A model generated the notes under the pieces. That model saw only the letters and a list, made by a program, of their open reading frames with translations. It ran no database searches and was not told where the DNA came from. This document shows positions 13,201 through 24,035 of a stretch of 32,689 nucleotides of DNA, in pieces. Location of the stretch: NCBI GenBank assembly GCA_023645945.1, contig JALAIB010000099.1, positions 1 to 32,689 of the forward strand, given 5' to 3'. How positions within the stretch are numbered: position 1 is the stretch's first letter; the number at the start of each line of letters is the position of its first letter. Position numbers and translations under genes: made by a program. This stretch comes from Diploschistes diacapsis (lineage: Eukaryota).

Positions 13201-15567
13201 ATGTTGACGGGGAGTGAGACGAACGGCGAGGTAGACGGCAAATCCAACGTGGCCGCCAACGGAGAAGCATCGAAGCCGAATAAAATTCAAGATACCAAGA
13301 ATGCCAATGCTCGAACTGAAGAGACAGCCACAGGTGCCGTGAACCTCAGGGTGATCATGCTTTACCTTACGTCAATGGGACCATGGTACTTCTGGATCTT
13401 TGTCCTGCTTGGGTTTGCAATGGAGAATGTTGCTAATGTATCCACGAACGTCTGGGTACGGCAGTGGGCAAACTCGTATCAGACGTCTTCGGCGGAGGGT
13501 ATGGATCGTATGTCTACTGGAACAAGCTCTCATCAAGACCCATACGCTGGATATGTCTGGTTCGCACCTATCAACAGATTGTTTCTTCTTCAAGTTCCGG
13601 AGATGACTCTCTCAAGCTTCGGCCCTGTCTCAAACAAGTCGGTCGAGAATGGGTACTTTCTCGGCGTCTACGCCTGTCTCGGAATCCTCTACGTCGCCAT
13701 CTGCCTCTTCCGGCTCGGCATAACTTTCCGTGGTGCCCTCAAAGCCTCGCGCAAGATCCATCAGCTGCTCTTGCACAATGTTCTTCGCGCAAAATTCAAG
13801 TTCTTTGACACTACGCCTCTGGGTCAAATTACGAACAGGTTCTCCAAAGATCTCCAGTCTATCGATCAGGATATCGCACCTTGTGCACTGGGCGTCTTAC
13901 AATGTTGCTTCTCCATCGTTTCAATTGTCTTGCTGATATCTATCATCACACCCAGCTTCCTGGTCGCCGCCGCCTTTCTAACGGTTCTGTATGTGGGCAT
14001 AGGTACCTTCTATCTCCAGTCGTCGCGCGACTTGAAACGATTGGAATCCGCTCAGAGAAGCCCATTGTACCAACAGTTCGGAGAGACACTGAGCGGTGTC
14101 ACTACGATTCGCGCGTACGGCGACGAGCGGCGATTCATCGAAGACAACGCACGGAGAGTTGATGCGCACAACAGGCCCTTCATCTTCCTTTGGGCGGCGA
14201 ACCGGTGGTTGGCATTACGTGTCGACTGGGCTGGAGCACTGGTTTCGTTCTTTGCTGCAATCTTTATAATCATCAATGTGGGCAGCATTGATGCCGGTGC
14301 TGCTGGCCTGTCTCTTACCTATGCGCTTGGATTCAACGAAAATATCCTTTGGCTGGTTCGTCTTTATGCCGAGAACGAGCAGAACATGGCCCACGTCGAG
14401 CGTGTGAAGCAGCTCCTCGACGTGGAACAAGAGGCTCCGGCGCAGATTCCCGAAACCAAGCCGACTGCGTCATGGCCATCAAAAGGCGCTGTCGAGTTTG
14501 TCGACTACTCCACGCGCTACCGACCGGATCTGGACCCGGTCCTGCGCAATCTTAGCTTCAGAATCGAAGCCGAAGAGAAAGTTGGTATCGTCGGTCGTAC
14601 AGGGGCCGGCAAGAGTTCCCTTGCGCTTGCCGTCTTTCGTGGCCTTGAAGCTGACGCTGGCCGGATCTTTATCGACAACGTCGATATCGGCAGCATCGGC
14701 CTACAAGATCTACGGGAAAAGCTCACCATCGTGCCGCAGGATCCGACCCTCTTCACCGGCACTATCCGGAGCAACCTTGACCCCTTTGGGCTCTTCACGG
14801 ACGAGGAGATCTTTACCTCCCTTCGCCAAGTACATCTTATCGACCCTAAATCTACGCAAAACTCTGCACAATCCTCCTCTGCCGCCACGCTTGTGCCTTC
14901 ACCTGCGAATCTTAGCCCACCCCCCGAGCCGATAGCCAAAACCCCGACACAGGACTTCGCCACCATTGCAGTTGAGGACGTGGAAGCGCCTCCTGAAACG
15001 GCGGATATCGCGGCTCCTGTTCCACTAGGAGCACGACGGTCGTCTTTCCCCGTCCCGGACGAGTTAGCTCCTCCTGTGGATAATGCCACAACGAGCAGCG
15101 CCCCTTCCGATTCCTTAGCGCACATGGCGAGCAATTCGGCCCGCGAAAACACCAACGTCTTCCTCAATCTCTCCTCCCCCGTCGCCGAGTCGGGCTCGAA
15201 CCTCAGCCAGGGTCAGCGACAGCTGTTGTGCCTAGCGAGAGCCCTACTCAAGAACCCGAGGATGCTGCTGATGGACGAGGCTACGGCTAGCATCGACTAC
15301 GCGACCGACGCGAAGATCCAGGAGACGCTGAGGGCGGTGAAGGGGAGCACGGTCATCACGATCGCGCATCGGCTGCAGACGATTGTCGATTACGACAAGG
15401 TGCTTGTGCTGGAGAAGGGGGAGCTGGCGGAGTTTGGGCCGCCGTGGGAATTGATCGGCAAGGAAGGTGGGCTGTTCAGGGGCATGTGTGAGACGAGCGG
15501 GGATTTTGAGGTTCTGAAGGAGATGGCGAGCAAGGCGGAGAGGAAGGGGAAGTTGGTGGACATTTGA
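10292..15567 (+). CDS. YBT1: ABCC/MRP-family full-size ABC transporter, Ybt1/Bat1-like (vacuolar bile-acid transporter type); exons 10292-10356, 10410-15567
   Basis: Intron 10357-10409 (GTATGT..GCTGAC..TAG) gives MFAHCQPPVWRVDDFTQCFQRDYLITLLP. TMD0-TMD1-NBD1-TMD2-NBD2 layout; NBD1 GPTGSGKTS / VSGGQKQR / LLDDCLSAVD; NBD2 GRTGAGKSS / LSQGQRQ / MDEATASID. Confidence 0.9.
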
Positions 15568-16360
15568 TCGGTTTTGTGCTGGGAAACGGGTGAAGAAGGG
15601 AGGCTGCAAGGGAGGAGATGCGCTGTCTTCTGGTGCCGTATGGGATGGGATAGCTTGAGACGGCAAGCATATTTCCCCACCAGCCACCATTTAGTCATAT
15701 GCAGCAGCGCCTTTGCCGAAGGCCCGGGAGGCGCGAATGTACATATTAGGGATCAACGCACATAGAATAGTTGTCGTTCATCTATTAAACATTAAGTTTG
15801 ATGTTCGTGATTGTCCCACTTTGAGCGAGCTCAGGAAGTAAGTATACATTGGAGGGTTGCTATTTAAGAAATTGGCGCGGCTTGAAAACAAATGTAAATT
15901 TGAGATGGCACTAAGAAGTCACAGACCATATACCATCCAAGTACAGAAGCCAGTTTGTATGACATTTTATAGGTATGGATTCAATGTCAATTTTAAGGGG
16001 GGGATAGATACTCCATACACAACCGATAGCAAAAAGGACAAGCTTCAAAATCTGGATACCATGTGGCTTGCTCCCTTTGAGAGGAATGCTTTAAGCCTGT
16101 GATGCGTTTTTCGATAACCGCCAAACTTTGCCGTACAGTTTTGTATATACCCAGCATACGTTGGTAAGTTGGGGCCGAACAAAATTTCCCACCCACTCCT
16201 AAAGGGCTTTCGAAAACTCTAGCGTCGACGTTCTCTCTATGTCCGAGCAGCAGACGGAATGCAATGCAAAAAGTCGTCACTGCGCTGGAGGGAAAAGAGA
16301 CTCAGTTCACAGTTCTTTCATAGCGTTTCCAATGGCAGGTACATGAGTTTTTACATACTC

Positions 16361-16384
16361 CAACAACAACAACAACAACAACAA
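16361..16384. repeat. (CAA)8 microsatellite
   Basis: Eight perfect CAA units. Confidence 0.95.
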
Positions 16385-17430
16385 CCCTGCTTCTGCTCGG
16401 TGAAGACCAGCAGCTCTGGGGCTGCTGTCACACTCATCCCTGGTGAACCAGTGCTTACGCGGGTCTCCCCTCCCCAGCCAGCTTGAGGTCAACTTCACAC
16501 GTTAATCGCAGCTCTTGCTGCTCCCTACGACGCGGGCTGCCTTCACGCACAACCTTCGATCCCGAAAACTAGGCGCCACAGGCAGGCGGTGCCGAACATT
16601 GTTTGTCGGAAGAAAGCCAACTCGCATGTCTCAATGCCCAACGGGGACGAATTGCCCACCCCCGGAATGACGCCATGGGTCTGGATAGGGGAGGGGCAAG
16701 AAGAGATACCGGTAGGTTTCGCGGCGGTTGACGCTTTCCAAATTGGTTTCGTTGGCTTGAATACGGCCGGCTAGAATTTGGGATAGCATACTCGGCCTCT
16801 GAGACTTGTGTTCAGCGGCTTTCTGTTAGTATCTGCTTGGGGTGCAGGGGAAGCCCGCAGTACCGGTGTACTGCCGTGGTCATGTCGACGGAGCAACCCG
16901 AAGCTATTTCATAAAGACCCAAACTGTATATGCAGGTCAGAGATTTTGGGCGCGTTCAAGTTCATGTCCCGGGTGCAGGCAGGCGATATTAATAATATTT
17001 TATACAAGGAAAAGACTCTTTTACCACTTTGTGCGTTCACGAACTACCTGAGGGGTGCTTCGGATCGACATTAAACAAAAATACAAAGGTCCAGGGAGAG
17101 CTTCAAGTGTCTTGAACTTGTTACGCAGTTGGTCTGAAGCATCCCTTGAGCTCTTCTCTCGTGTGGGCATATGTTACATCTGAACACTGGCTAATGCCAG
17201 ACCAATGCATTCCTCATGGCAACGACGATGACGAGCCTCGGTTGGGCCGATTTCCGCCAGGAACTACCCGAAAGCCCAAAAGGGGAGATCATGGAAAAGC
17301 AAAGGAACGGTGCCCCCTGTTGACGCCTCGGATTCTGCAAGCTGGCTGGAAACCCCCCGAAAGCTTGAATGTGCTGGCGGGCGAAGAATAACCGACAGGG
17401 CGCGTACCGCCTTCTGGTTGTCCCAGTGTC

Positions 17431-17437
17431 TATATAA
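17431..17437 (+). promoter_or_regulatory. TATA box of the KEP-like gene
   Basis: TATATAA ~120 nt upstream of the signal-peptide ATG at 17557, followed by a C/A/T-rich leader. Confidence 0.55.
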
Positions 17438-17556
17438 GGCATCCAACTTCCCTCGAGAATGGAGTAATCAGACTCGGGTCAACGAGACAAACGACAACTC
17501 GCGATACCAACCACATTTCTAAACTCTTCCGACTTCTTCTTCGCTAGAATTCGAAG

Positions 17557-18042
17557 ATGAAGCTTGCCGCCGTGCTTGCCGGTGCCATTCTCGCTGCTGT
17601 GACCCAGGCTGCTGCGCTGCCTGCTGCTATACACCACATTCGCCTTTAGCTACGGTCCTTAGCGGGAAGCACTCGCTAACAGGTCATCGCCGAGGGCAAA
17701 GCGCAAGTGCGTCAATGGAGAACCCCAACCCGACTTGCATTAAAAAGTATGTTCGTTTTTGAGCCACATATGGGATGTCAAGAGCCAACGGCAGAAGAAT
17801 CCGAGAAGCCGTGCGTCAAGAGGGGATCTCGAGAATGTCGGGGAACGCGAGGCCGCAGCCCGATGCAAAGAAGAAGCCTCGCCCGCACAAGCCTCACGGT
17901 CCACCCGCCAGCGAAAAGAGAGAAGCAGGTGCTGAAGCGGAGGCCGATGCGAAGGAGGAACCCCACCCGCACAAGCCTCACGGCCCCTCCGCCATCAACC
18001 AGAGATGTCGAAGACATCGAGGAGCGCGAAGTAGAGGAATGA
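17557..18042 (+). pseudogene. Disrupted secreted Kex2-processed repeat-peptide precursor (KEP-like) with His/Pro/Lys-rich cores
   Basis: Signal peptide MKLAAVLAGAILAAVTQAAALPA; acceptor GCTAACAG at 17675-17682 but no GT donor at the expected position (CTATAC at 17627). An 84-nt-period repeat (CCCGCACAAGCCTCACGG at 17882 and 17966) encodes DAKKKPRPHKPHGPPASE-KR-EAGAEAEADA-KEEPHPHKPHGP. The paired acidic spacers DLENVGERE (17825) and DVEDIEERE (18004) lie in the two other frames. Confidence 0.7.
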
Positions 18043-18276
18043 AGGTCCTCCAACGCAAACGGTCGCCGAGGGCGAGCTGCAAGGCAAGGGATGGGTGGAT
18101 TTGGAGACATGGGCTTGAGATTGAGGTGGGGAATGAAGTCGAACGCGCAGAATGTGCAAAAGGATAGGAGTTGGGAATAGGGGTAAGAATAAAAAAGGGG
18201 GGGGCATAAAAAGGGACGTGAGAAACCTGCATGGGAAAAAAACAAAAAAGAAGAAAAGACTGCTGGAGCAGGGATC

Positions 18277-18307
<31 letters not shown>

Positions 18308-19318
18308 GGCAGATAGATAGATATGGAGAGGCAATGCAATTCTTCGGCAACGAACTTTGTTTTCCTCATTGCCGGTTTCTCTTTTTCCCATCTCCCTTTC
18401 TCCGTCTCCCTCTCCGCCCTTCCCGGCTCCCCACCTCCTCCGCGTTTGTCTTTCATTTCGTATCGCCCTCCAATCTCTGGCATCAGGGATACATCACATA
18501 CCTCTCTCACCGGCCACTATCCACTACCCACTAGCCGCTGCTTGCTTGCCGACCAGCGACCATCCCGTCCACAGCCGCTCGTCACCGATCACTCACCCAT
18601 CCAGATACCCCCATCCAGGCGATATCACGAATAATTTCCACACCAAACACCTTTTACCGTCACTTTAGGCCCCCCCCCCCCCAATACACAAGAGCGCGAG
18701 AGATGGAGGATGCTTCAGATTCCAATACAAAACATTATCTGATGGTCGTTAGGGGGGGGGAGAGGAAAAGCCTCAAGTAAGTTCAGGGGCCCCCTATTTT
18801 TTTTGTGCTTGGTCCAAAGCAAGCATCCCTCCCCCTGAAGCTCTTGCACGTACGGCGGGCATAAGGTGGGGTGGGGAAGAAAGAAATGTCTGGTGTGTGT
18901 GTGTGTGTATGCAAAACCATTTCACCACTTTGATATCCGCTTTTTGGCTAGCTGGGTACTTTTGCTTTGCTTTTACTTTACCCACTAAAACCCAACTTCG
19001 ATCGGCGATCCGCTTCTGTGTGTTTGCAGCATTCTCCCAGTAATAAAAAAAACTTTCGCTATTGGTTTGTGTTGAGGAACGGGTGAGGTAGCTTGCCATC
19101 CAGCACACACACACACACACACACACACTCTCTCTCTCTCTCTCTCCCTCGGGCTCCCGCCCGCGGTATGAATTAACGTGGAAAAAAGTAAAAAGAAAGG
19201 GAAAACGGGGAGAGAAAAATAGATGATAGATGATAGATGACGGTGGTTTCGACACCGCTGCCCTTGGGGTTTTTTCAGGACGTTGCTGTTGGCGGGAAAC
19301 ACACACACACACACACAC
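18277..19318. repeat. Microsatellite-rich intergenic region
   Basis: (CTGT)7 at 18277-18304; poly-C at ~18670-18682; poly-G at ~18752-18760; (GT)8 at 18893-18908; (CA)12(CT)9 at 19104-19145; (AC)10 at 19299-19318. Confidence 0.9.
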
Positions 19319-20465
19319 CTGGCCAGCGACCCCCGGCACTATATTACTCCGTACCGTTGAGCGACGAGGAGTTCTAGGGCCCATATGCATTTGGCTTTTG
19401 GGAGACAAGAAGTTTTAAGCGGCGACAAGTTCCATGGAGTGAAAGGGATGGTGATGGACAACGGTGGACAAGAATGAAAGCACCGAACACAGAAGGATGC
19501 AGATGGCGAGGAGAGAATAAGGAAGACGGTAGGGTGGGTAGGAGTAGGTAGGTATACATATACACGCTTGGGCACCTCCTTAAAACACCCCTTCTGGCAT
19601 GGAATCTAGATGCCAAGTATCGTGGTGGTATGTATGCATGCCTGCCCCATTTTGGTCTTTTCGCTCAAGCAAGGACGCAGAGAGTGGACAAGCTCCTGTC
19701 TATACCTGGGTAGGCACTGCCTATGGACTCACCGCTGATCCGGAGGAAGAGCGTTCGTACATAAACTCGAGCCATCCTAATCCGTTGTTCCCATCTAAAC
19801 GGCTCGTTCGACGTGTTCCTTCCCAGAGGTAAAAATGCAACGAAGGAGGTAACTCATTGTTTTTTGGTCCATGTCTAATAAACGACGACCCCCCCCCCCT
19901 CCTCCGTTTTGTTGCGATTTCGCCACCGTGTCAGAAATACGGCTCAAACGAAGATATTGAGTTGTATTGCATTATTACATTGTACAGGGTCTACCATCCT
20001 TCCCCCTGTAAACATTGCTTCGAACAAAACGATAGTCTACCCTACTCTGTATCTTGCCGTGTCGATAATCATTCATATTCTTTCTTATCTTCTCCTTCCC
20101 TGGTTCTTAGCCTTTGTGCTTTTTTCTTTCTCTGCTTTGTTCTTCTGTCACCTCGGGCACGCACCAAACCGACCTCGGCGCCAAGATAATGCAACATGTA
20201 CAACATGCGAGGTCGTGTATATGCATAAATACAGGTATTCTCGATATGCTGTACGAATCCCGGGGAAAGCTAAAGGGGCGGAATGAAAAATCCCCTGTCG
20301 GTCCAGAACCATTTCAGACCTGATCAACCCCCAGACATAACCGTGTCGAAAATTTCCCGTTTCCACAATCACGACAATTGATTCGCGTTGGAACTCCGGG
20401 TGCCCCTACCCTTCATTCCAAAATAACACAGCCGTGTAACCACCGTCACTTGCCTATACGTGTGC

Positions 20466-23400
20466 CTATCTCATCGTGACTGCCTCCCCTCCTTCTGATT
20501 CCTCCTCCTCCTCCTCTTCTTCTTCATCATCATCGCCCTTATTCCTCACTCTCAGCTCCGCCATCCTCCTCTTCCGCTCTGCTCTCCTACTAAACCCCTC
20601 ATTCTCACCTTCCGCTAACCCTTCTTCCCTCCCATCCTCCATCTCCAACCCCTCGAGCTGCCTCTCCATCTCCCCAGTCGGCGTCCCCTGCCCTTGGCTC
20701 ATTAGTGCATTCTTCACGGCGGCCGCCAAGGTCCCGGCAGTTGGCGGTCTGCTCACGCTACCGCTGGGCAGGTTGCTCAGGTCGCCCAGTCCGCTGCCTT
20801 CCTGGCCCGAGTACAGCCTGAAGTTCCTCGTCAGGTATCCCGTAAGCCGATCGATTTCCTTGTCCCAGCTCTGCGCCAACCTGGATAGTATGGCGCGCGC
20901 GTCCGGTTCGGTGACATTCGGGGTCCCGCCGCCGGTGCTACTGACCGTGGACGATCTGTCCAGGCTCCGGGTCGAGGCGGACCGAGCCGCGCTGGGCACG
21001 GCGGAGCTGAGGGCGCGCCTGACCTGGTTGCGCGTGGAATTGGGCGAATTGGAGGAGGTGGGCGAGAGCGCGGCTGAGGCTTCGCGGGACATGCGGGCAG
21101 AGTACCATGCTTTGTCCTTGATCATGACCGGGAGGTAGAGTAACGTCTTGTTGCCTTCTACAGCGTTAACGAGCGTCGTGAAGGCCTGGAGAGAGATCTC
21201 ATTGTTCTCACAATAGACCTCGCGCAGGGAGTTGTTGCTCCGAAGTACATCAGCGAGCGTGCTCGCGCCGGGGAGACCAAGAGCTTGGAACTCGACGCGG
21301 AGGGTTTCGAGCGTGGTGTTTTCCTCAAGGCCTTTGAGAGCTCTGCAGAGCCCGCGTCCGAGGGTGACGGCTTCGAGGTGGGCTTGCTCGCCGGAGAGGT
21401 TGAGTTCTTTGAGGTTCGTGTTTGACTCGAGCATCGTTCTCAGGCCGTCGCAGGCTTCGTTGCTGGCGTCGAGCGGAATGGAGACGCGGGAGATGTCGAG
21501 GTATTCGAGGACGGTGTTGGTGGAGACAGCCTGGACGAGGGCACGGAAGTTCTTTTCGTCTGTGTATTCGAGGGATTGCATCGTTAGATGAGTGGGCGTA
21601 CGGGAGCGGGCAATGGTCTTGGCGAGCCGTCGGTGGTTCTTTTCCAAGCGATTTCCGCCTACGTGGAGATGCAAATTGCGTGGCTCCGAGCGGCCGTCGG
21701 TCATGGTCTCGAGAAGCGCGGCCACGTCGTCTCCTTGCATCTGACAGCTTTCCAGCCGCAGCTCCCTAAGGGTATTCGACTGCTCGCTCACCAAGTATGT
21801 GCCAAGGCTATCGACACTTTCCGTGTTCAAGGTCGTGCCTGAAAGGTCCAAGAACTCTAGTTTCCAGTTCATCAGAACACCTGGAGGGAGAATGGGCTGA
21901 GAGACCGAACGTAGGGGCACTCTGGATAGGTTGAGTCTCCGGATGCACTGGAACCGCCCAAGCTGTTCATGAAAAGCGGCTGAATTAAGTTTCGCGGGAT
22001 TGTTCGAGAGGTCCAGACTCTCCAGAACTGCCTCGTGTGCTAATATGGCTTCGAGTGCGTGTTCCATCCTGCCCTCGTCGAGACCGCAGCGGCCCAGCTC
22101 GATGCCCCGCCACCGAGAGTCCTTATGGACGGCACCGGCATACATGTACTCGATGTCGAGCTGCGACAAAATCACACCGTTGAGTGCTATCCAATCGATG
22201 TTGGTGAGCTGCACTGCATTGAGGGGAAAGATGGCTTCGCAAAGCATGGAGCCTCTGTTACCGGGATGCACATCCTTCGCCTTTCTCGTCAGACAATCGG
22301 AGAAGTCCAACCGTCGCATCCGACTATTCTTCAGCGCTATGCATTGGAGTTCTTGGACCAGGACGGGCGAGCCATCGAGCTTTGGTATCTTCGCAATGGT
22401 CTGTCCCGATCTGGATGACCACGATAGGTGTTCCGATCCATATCCGTCCCATACATTGTGCAAGTTATCAAGCTTCGCGCGCTTGAAGGAGATCGAATGG
22501 AAGGTGTCATTGTATCGCAAAGCTCTAAGAATGGCCAGAAGCTCCAAGGACGTATATTTGGAGCGTCCGGCCTTTCCCGGTCCGAGCAGTTGGAACTCGG
22601 GGGCGTCTTCGCAGTAATAATCCACCGTGTAGCGGATATTTGAGGGATCCGTACCATATCCGACGCAGTAAGCAGTCAGGGTTCGATCGAAGCATAGGTG
22701 ATCCTCGGCATCCGCTGGGGGTATAGGCAGAATATCCTCCTCCGTGACCCCAGAAACATGCCATTTTAGAGGCTGTTCAATCCACAGCGGCCTTAAGAAA
22801 TCGGTCGCACCCCGAACGCACAGGGCAATGTTCGTCGCCGAAGAGGAGGCGAGATGCAGGGTTATACCTGATTGGAACGGAGCGCGAAAGTTGATGTGAA
22901 AGGTGTCGTCAAATTCTTGGGCGTAGATGCCGATGATGTTCACGATTGGCCATGATCTCGAGTTTAGCTCGGAGAGGAACATGCCCGAGCCTGGTCTGGG
23001 TGGTTGAGGCAGCGGTATGCTATGTATCTTATGCAGGCCTATCACGAGGTATCCGAGAGTTGACACAAGCTTTCCCAAATCCTCGGTCGACGATCTCGTT
23101 CCTCCAGGCCGCGAAGCCCTTTGAGCGATGGCGAACATGGTGAAATGGTTGGGATCGTAGTCTTTCTCTGCCTCAACACAACGCACCGCGTACTCGACAG
23201 CGTCTTGTCCAAAGGTGGTGTTACTGGCACGCTTCGCCTGCGTTACAGCGGTCCGTATGGAAGAGAGCCATACTTCGGAATCACGAGGATCGTTGAGCTG
23301 TAGAGATGAAATGTATGGTTTATCCAACTTTTCGTCGTAGGATGCGATCTCTATGGTGAAGTAGGGTCTCCCATCGTCCAGCTTGTAGACGGCGACGAGG

Positions 23401-24035
23401 TTGCGAAGAGGTAGGTAAGCCTGCGGATCTGCACCAAGCTGTATCTCTGGCGCGGATCCCCCAGAGCTCATGCGCAAGTGACTACCACCGCTGGCACGCC
23501 CCATCGAGGTAGGGATCTCTGGGAAGATCTCGGCAGCTTTGCTCCGATTCTTGAAGCGAAGCAAATGTGTGTTTGTGAGGACCATGTACTGCATATTCTT
23601 TTTTCTAAACATGCTGCCTGCTGTCTGAACTTCGCCATGGTATACCAAGGACATATGCTCCATGTTCAACGGCGAGGAGGGCGCTTCGTCGATGGATGCT
23701 GCGCGGGAAGTCGTTTTAATTAGATGCTCATCCTCTTCGTGAAAGGACTGAAAGGACCTCCATGAGCCCAGCAAGCTCCCTGGTCGTTGAGTTTTCTGGA
23801 GCGTGTTGCGCCATAGGTTGGGAGATGCCTGGCGATCTGGTAGATCCGTCGGGTCCGACTTATCCACCGGCCTGGAAGGAGTAGAGGTGGTCGTGGAGAG
23901 GAAAGACGAGTGCCGGGACTTTTTCTTCAGCACCGCCGGAGGAGCATTGTCTGGACCAGAACTGGATATGGTGGTCAGCGAGGGAGAGCTTGGGCGGAAG
24001 ATGCTCAAGCTCTTTCGCCGTCGTCGTTCAGCCAT
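20466..24035 (-). CDS. Fungal PH-like + RNI-like leucine-rich-repeat protein (~1190 aa, uninterrupted ORF)
   Basis: Likely start MAERRRRKSLSIFRP (ATG at 24035). PH-like segment HGEVQTAGSMFRKKNMQYMVLTNTHLLRFK...WLSSIR; repeated LRR motifs LESLDLSNN, IRRLNLSR, LEFLDLSGT, LRELRLESC, LEYLDISR, LKELNLSGE, LREVYCENNEI; acidic C-terminal tail. Confidence 0.85.
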   Translation of the reverse strand: MAERRRRKSLSIFRPSSPSLTTISSSGPDNAPPAVLKKKSRHSSFLSTTTSTPSRPVDKSDPTDLPDRQASPNLWRNTLQKTQRPGSLLGSWRSFQSFHEEDEHLIKTTSRAASIDEAPSSPLNMEHMSLVYHGEVQTAGSMFRKKNMQYMVLTNTHLLRFKNRSKAAEIFPEIPTSMGRASGGSHLRMSSGGSAPEIQLGADPQAYLPLRNLVAVYKLDDGRPYFTIEIASYDEKLDKPYISSLQLNDPRDSEVWLSSIRTAVTQAKRASNTTFGQDAVEYAVRCVEAEKDYDPNHFTMFAIAQRASRPGGTRSSTEDLGKLVSTLGYLVIGLHKIHSIPLPQPPRPGSGMFLSELNSRSWPIVNIIGIYAQEFDDTFHINFRAPFQSGITLHLASSSATNIALCVRGATDFLRPLWIEQPLKWHVSGVTEEDILPIPPADAEDHLCFDRTLTAYCVGYGTDPSNIRYTVDYYCEDAPEFQLLGPGKAGRSKYTSLELLAILRALRYNDTFHSISFKRAKLDNLHNVWDGYGSEHLSWSSRSGQTIAKIPKLDGSPVLVQELQCIALKNSRMRRLDFSDCLTRKAKDVHPGNRGSMLCEAIFPLNAVQLTNIDWIALNGVILSQLDIEYMYAGAVHKDSRWRGIELGRCGLDEGRMEHALEAILAHEAVLESLDLSNNPAKLNSAAFHEQLGRFQCIRRLNLSRVPLRSVSQPILPPGVLMNWKLEFLDLSGTTLNTESVDSLGTYLVSEQSNTLRELRLESCQMQGDDVAALLETMTDGRSEPRNLHLHVGGNRLEKNHRRLAKTIARSRTPTHLTMQSLEYTDEKNFRALVQAVSTNTVLEYLDISRVSIPLDASNEACDGLRTMLESNTNLKELNLSGEQAHLEAVTLGRGLCRALKGLEENTTLETLRVEFQALGLPGASTLADVLRSNNSLREVYCENNEISLQAFTTLVNAVEGNKTLLYLPVMIKDKAWYSARMSREASAALSPTSSNSPNSTRNQVRRALSSAVPSAARSASTRSLDRSSTVSSTGGGTPNVTEPDARAILSRLAQSWDKEIDRLTGYLTRNFRLYSGQEGSGLGDLSNLPSGSVSRPPTAGTLAAAVKNALMSQGQGTPTGEMERQLEGLEMEDGREEGLAEGENEGFSRRAERKRRMAELRVRNKGDDDEEEEEEEEESEGGEAVTMR

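Noticed and set aside
17557..18042. Alpha-factor-like mating pheromone gene / MAT-like linkage with STE11
   Set aside because: The processing grammar is similar, but the cores lack the Trp/Cys/Gly-Gln-type pattern of ascomycete alpha pheromones, and there are no MAT, APN2 or SLA2 genes in the window.
20476..22617. Long antisense ORFs (e.g. 220 aa and 205 aa) opposite the LRR gene, and similar ones opposite STE11, LSG1 and the ABC genes
   Set aside because: Shadow ORFs from codon bias of the real genes; no independent motifs.
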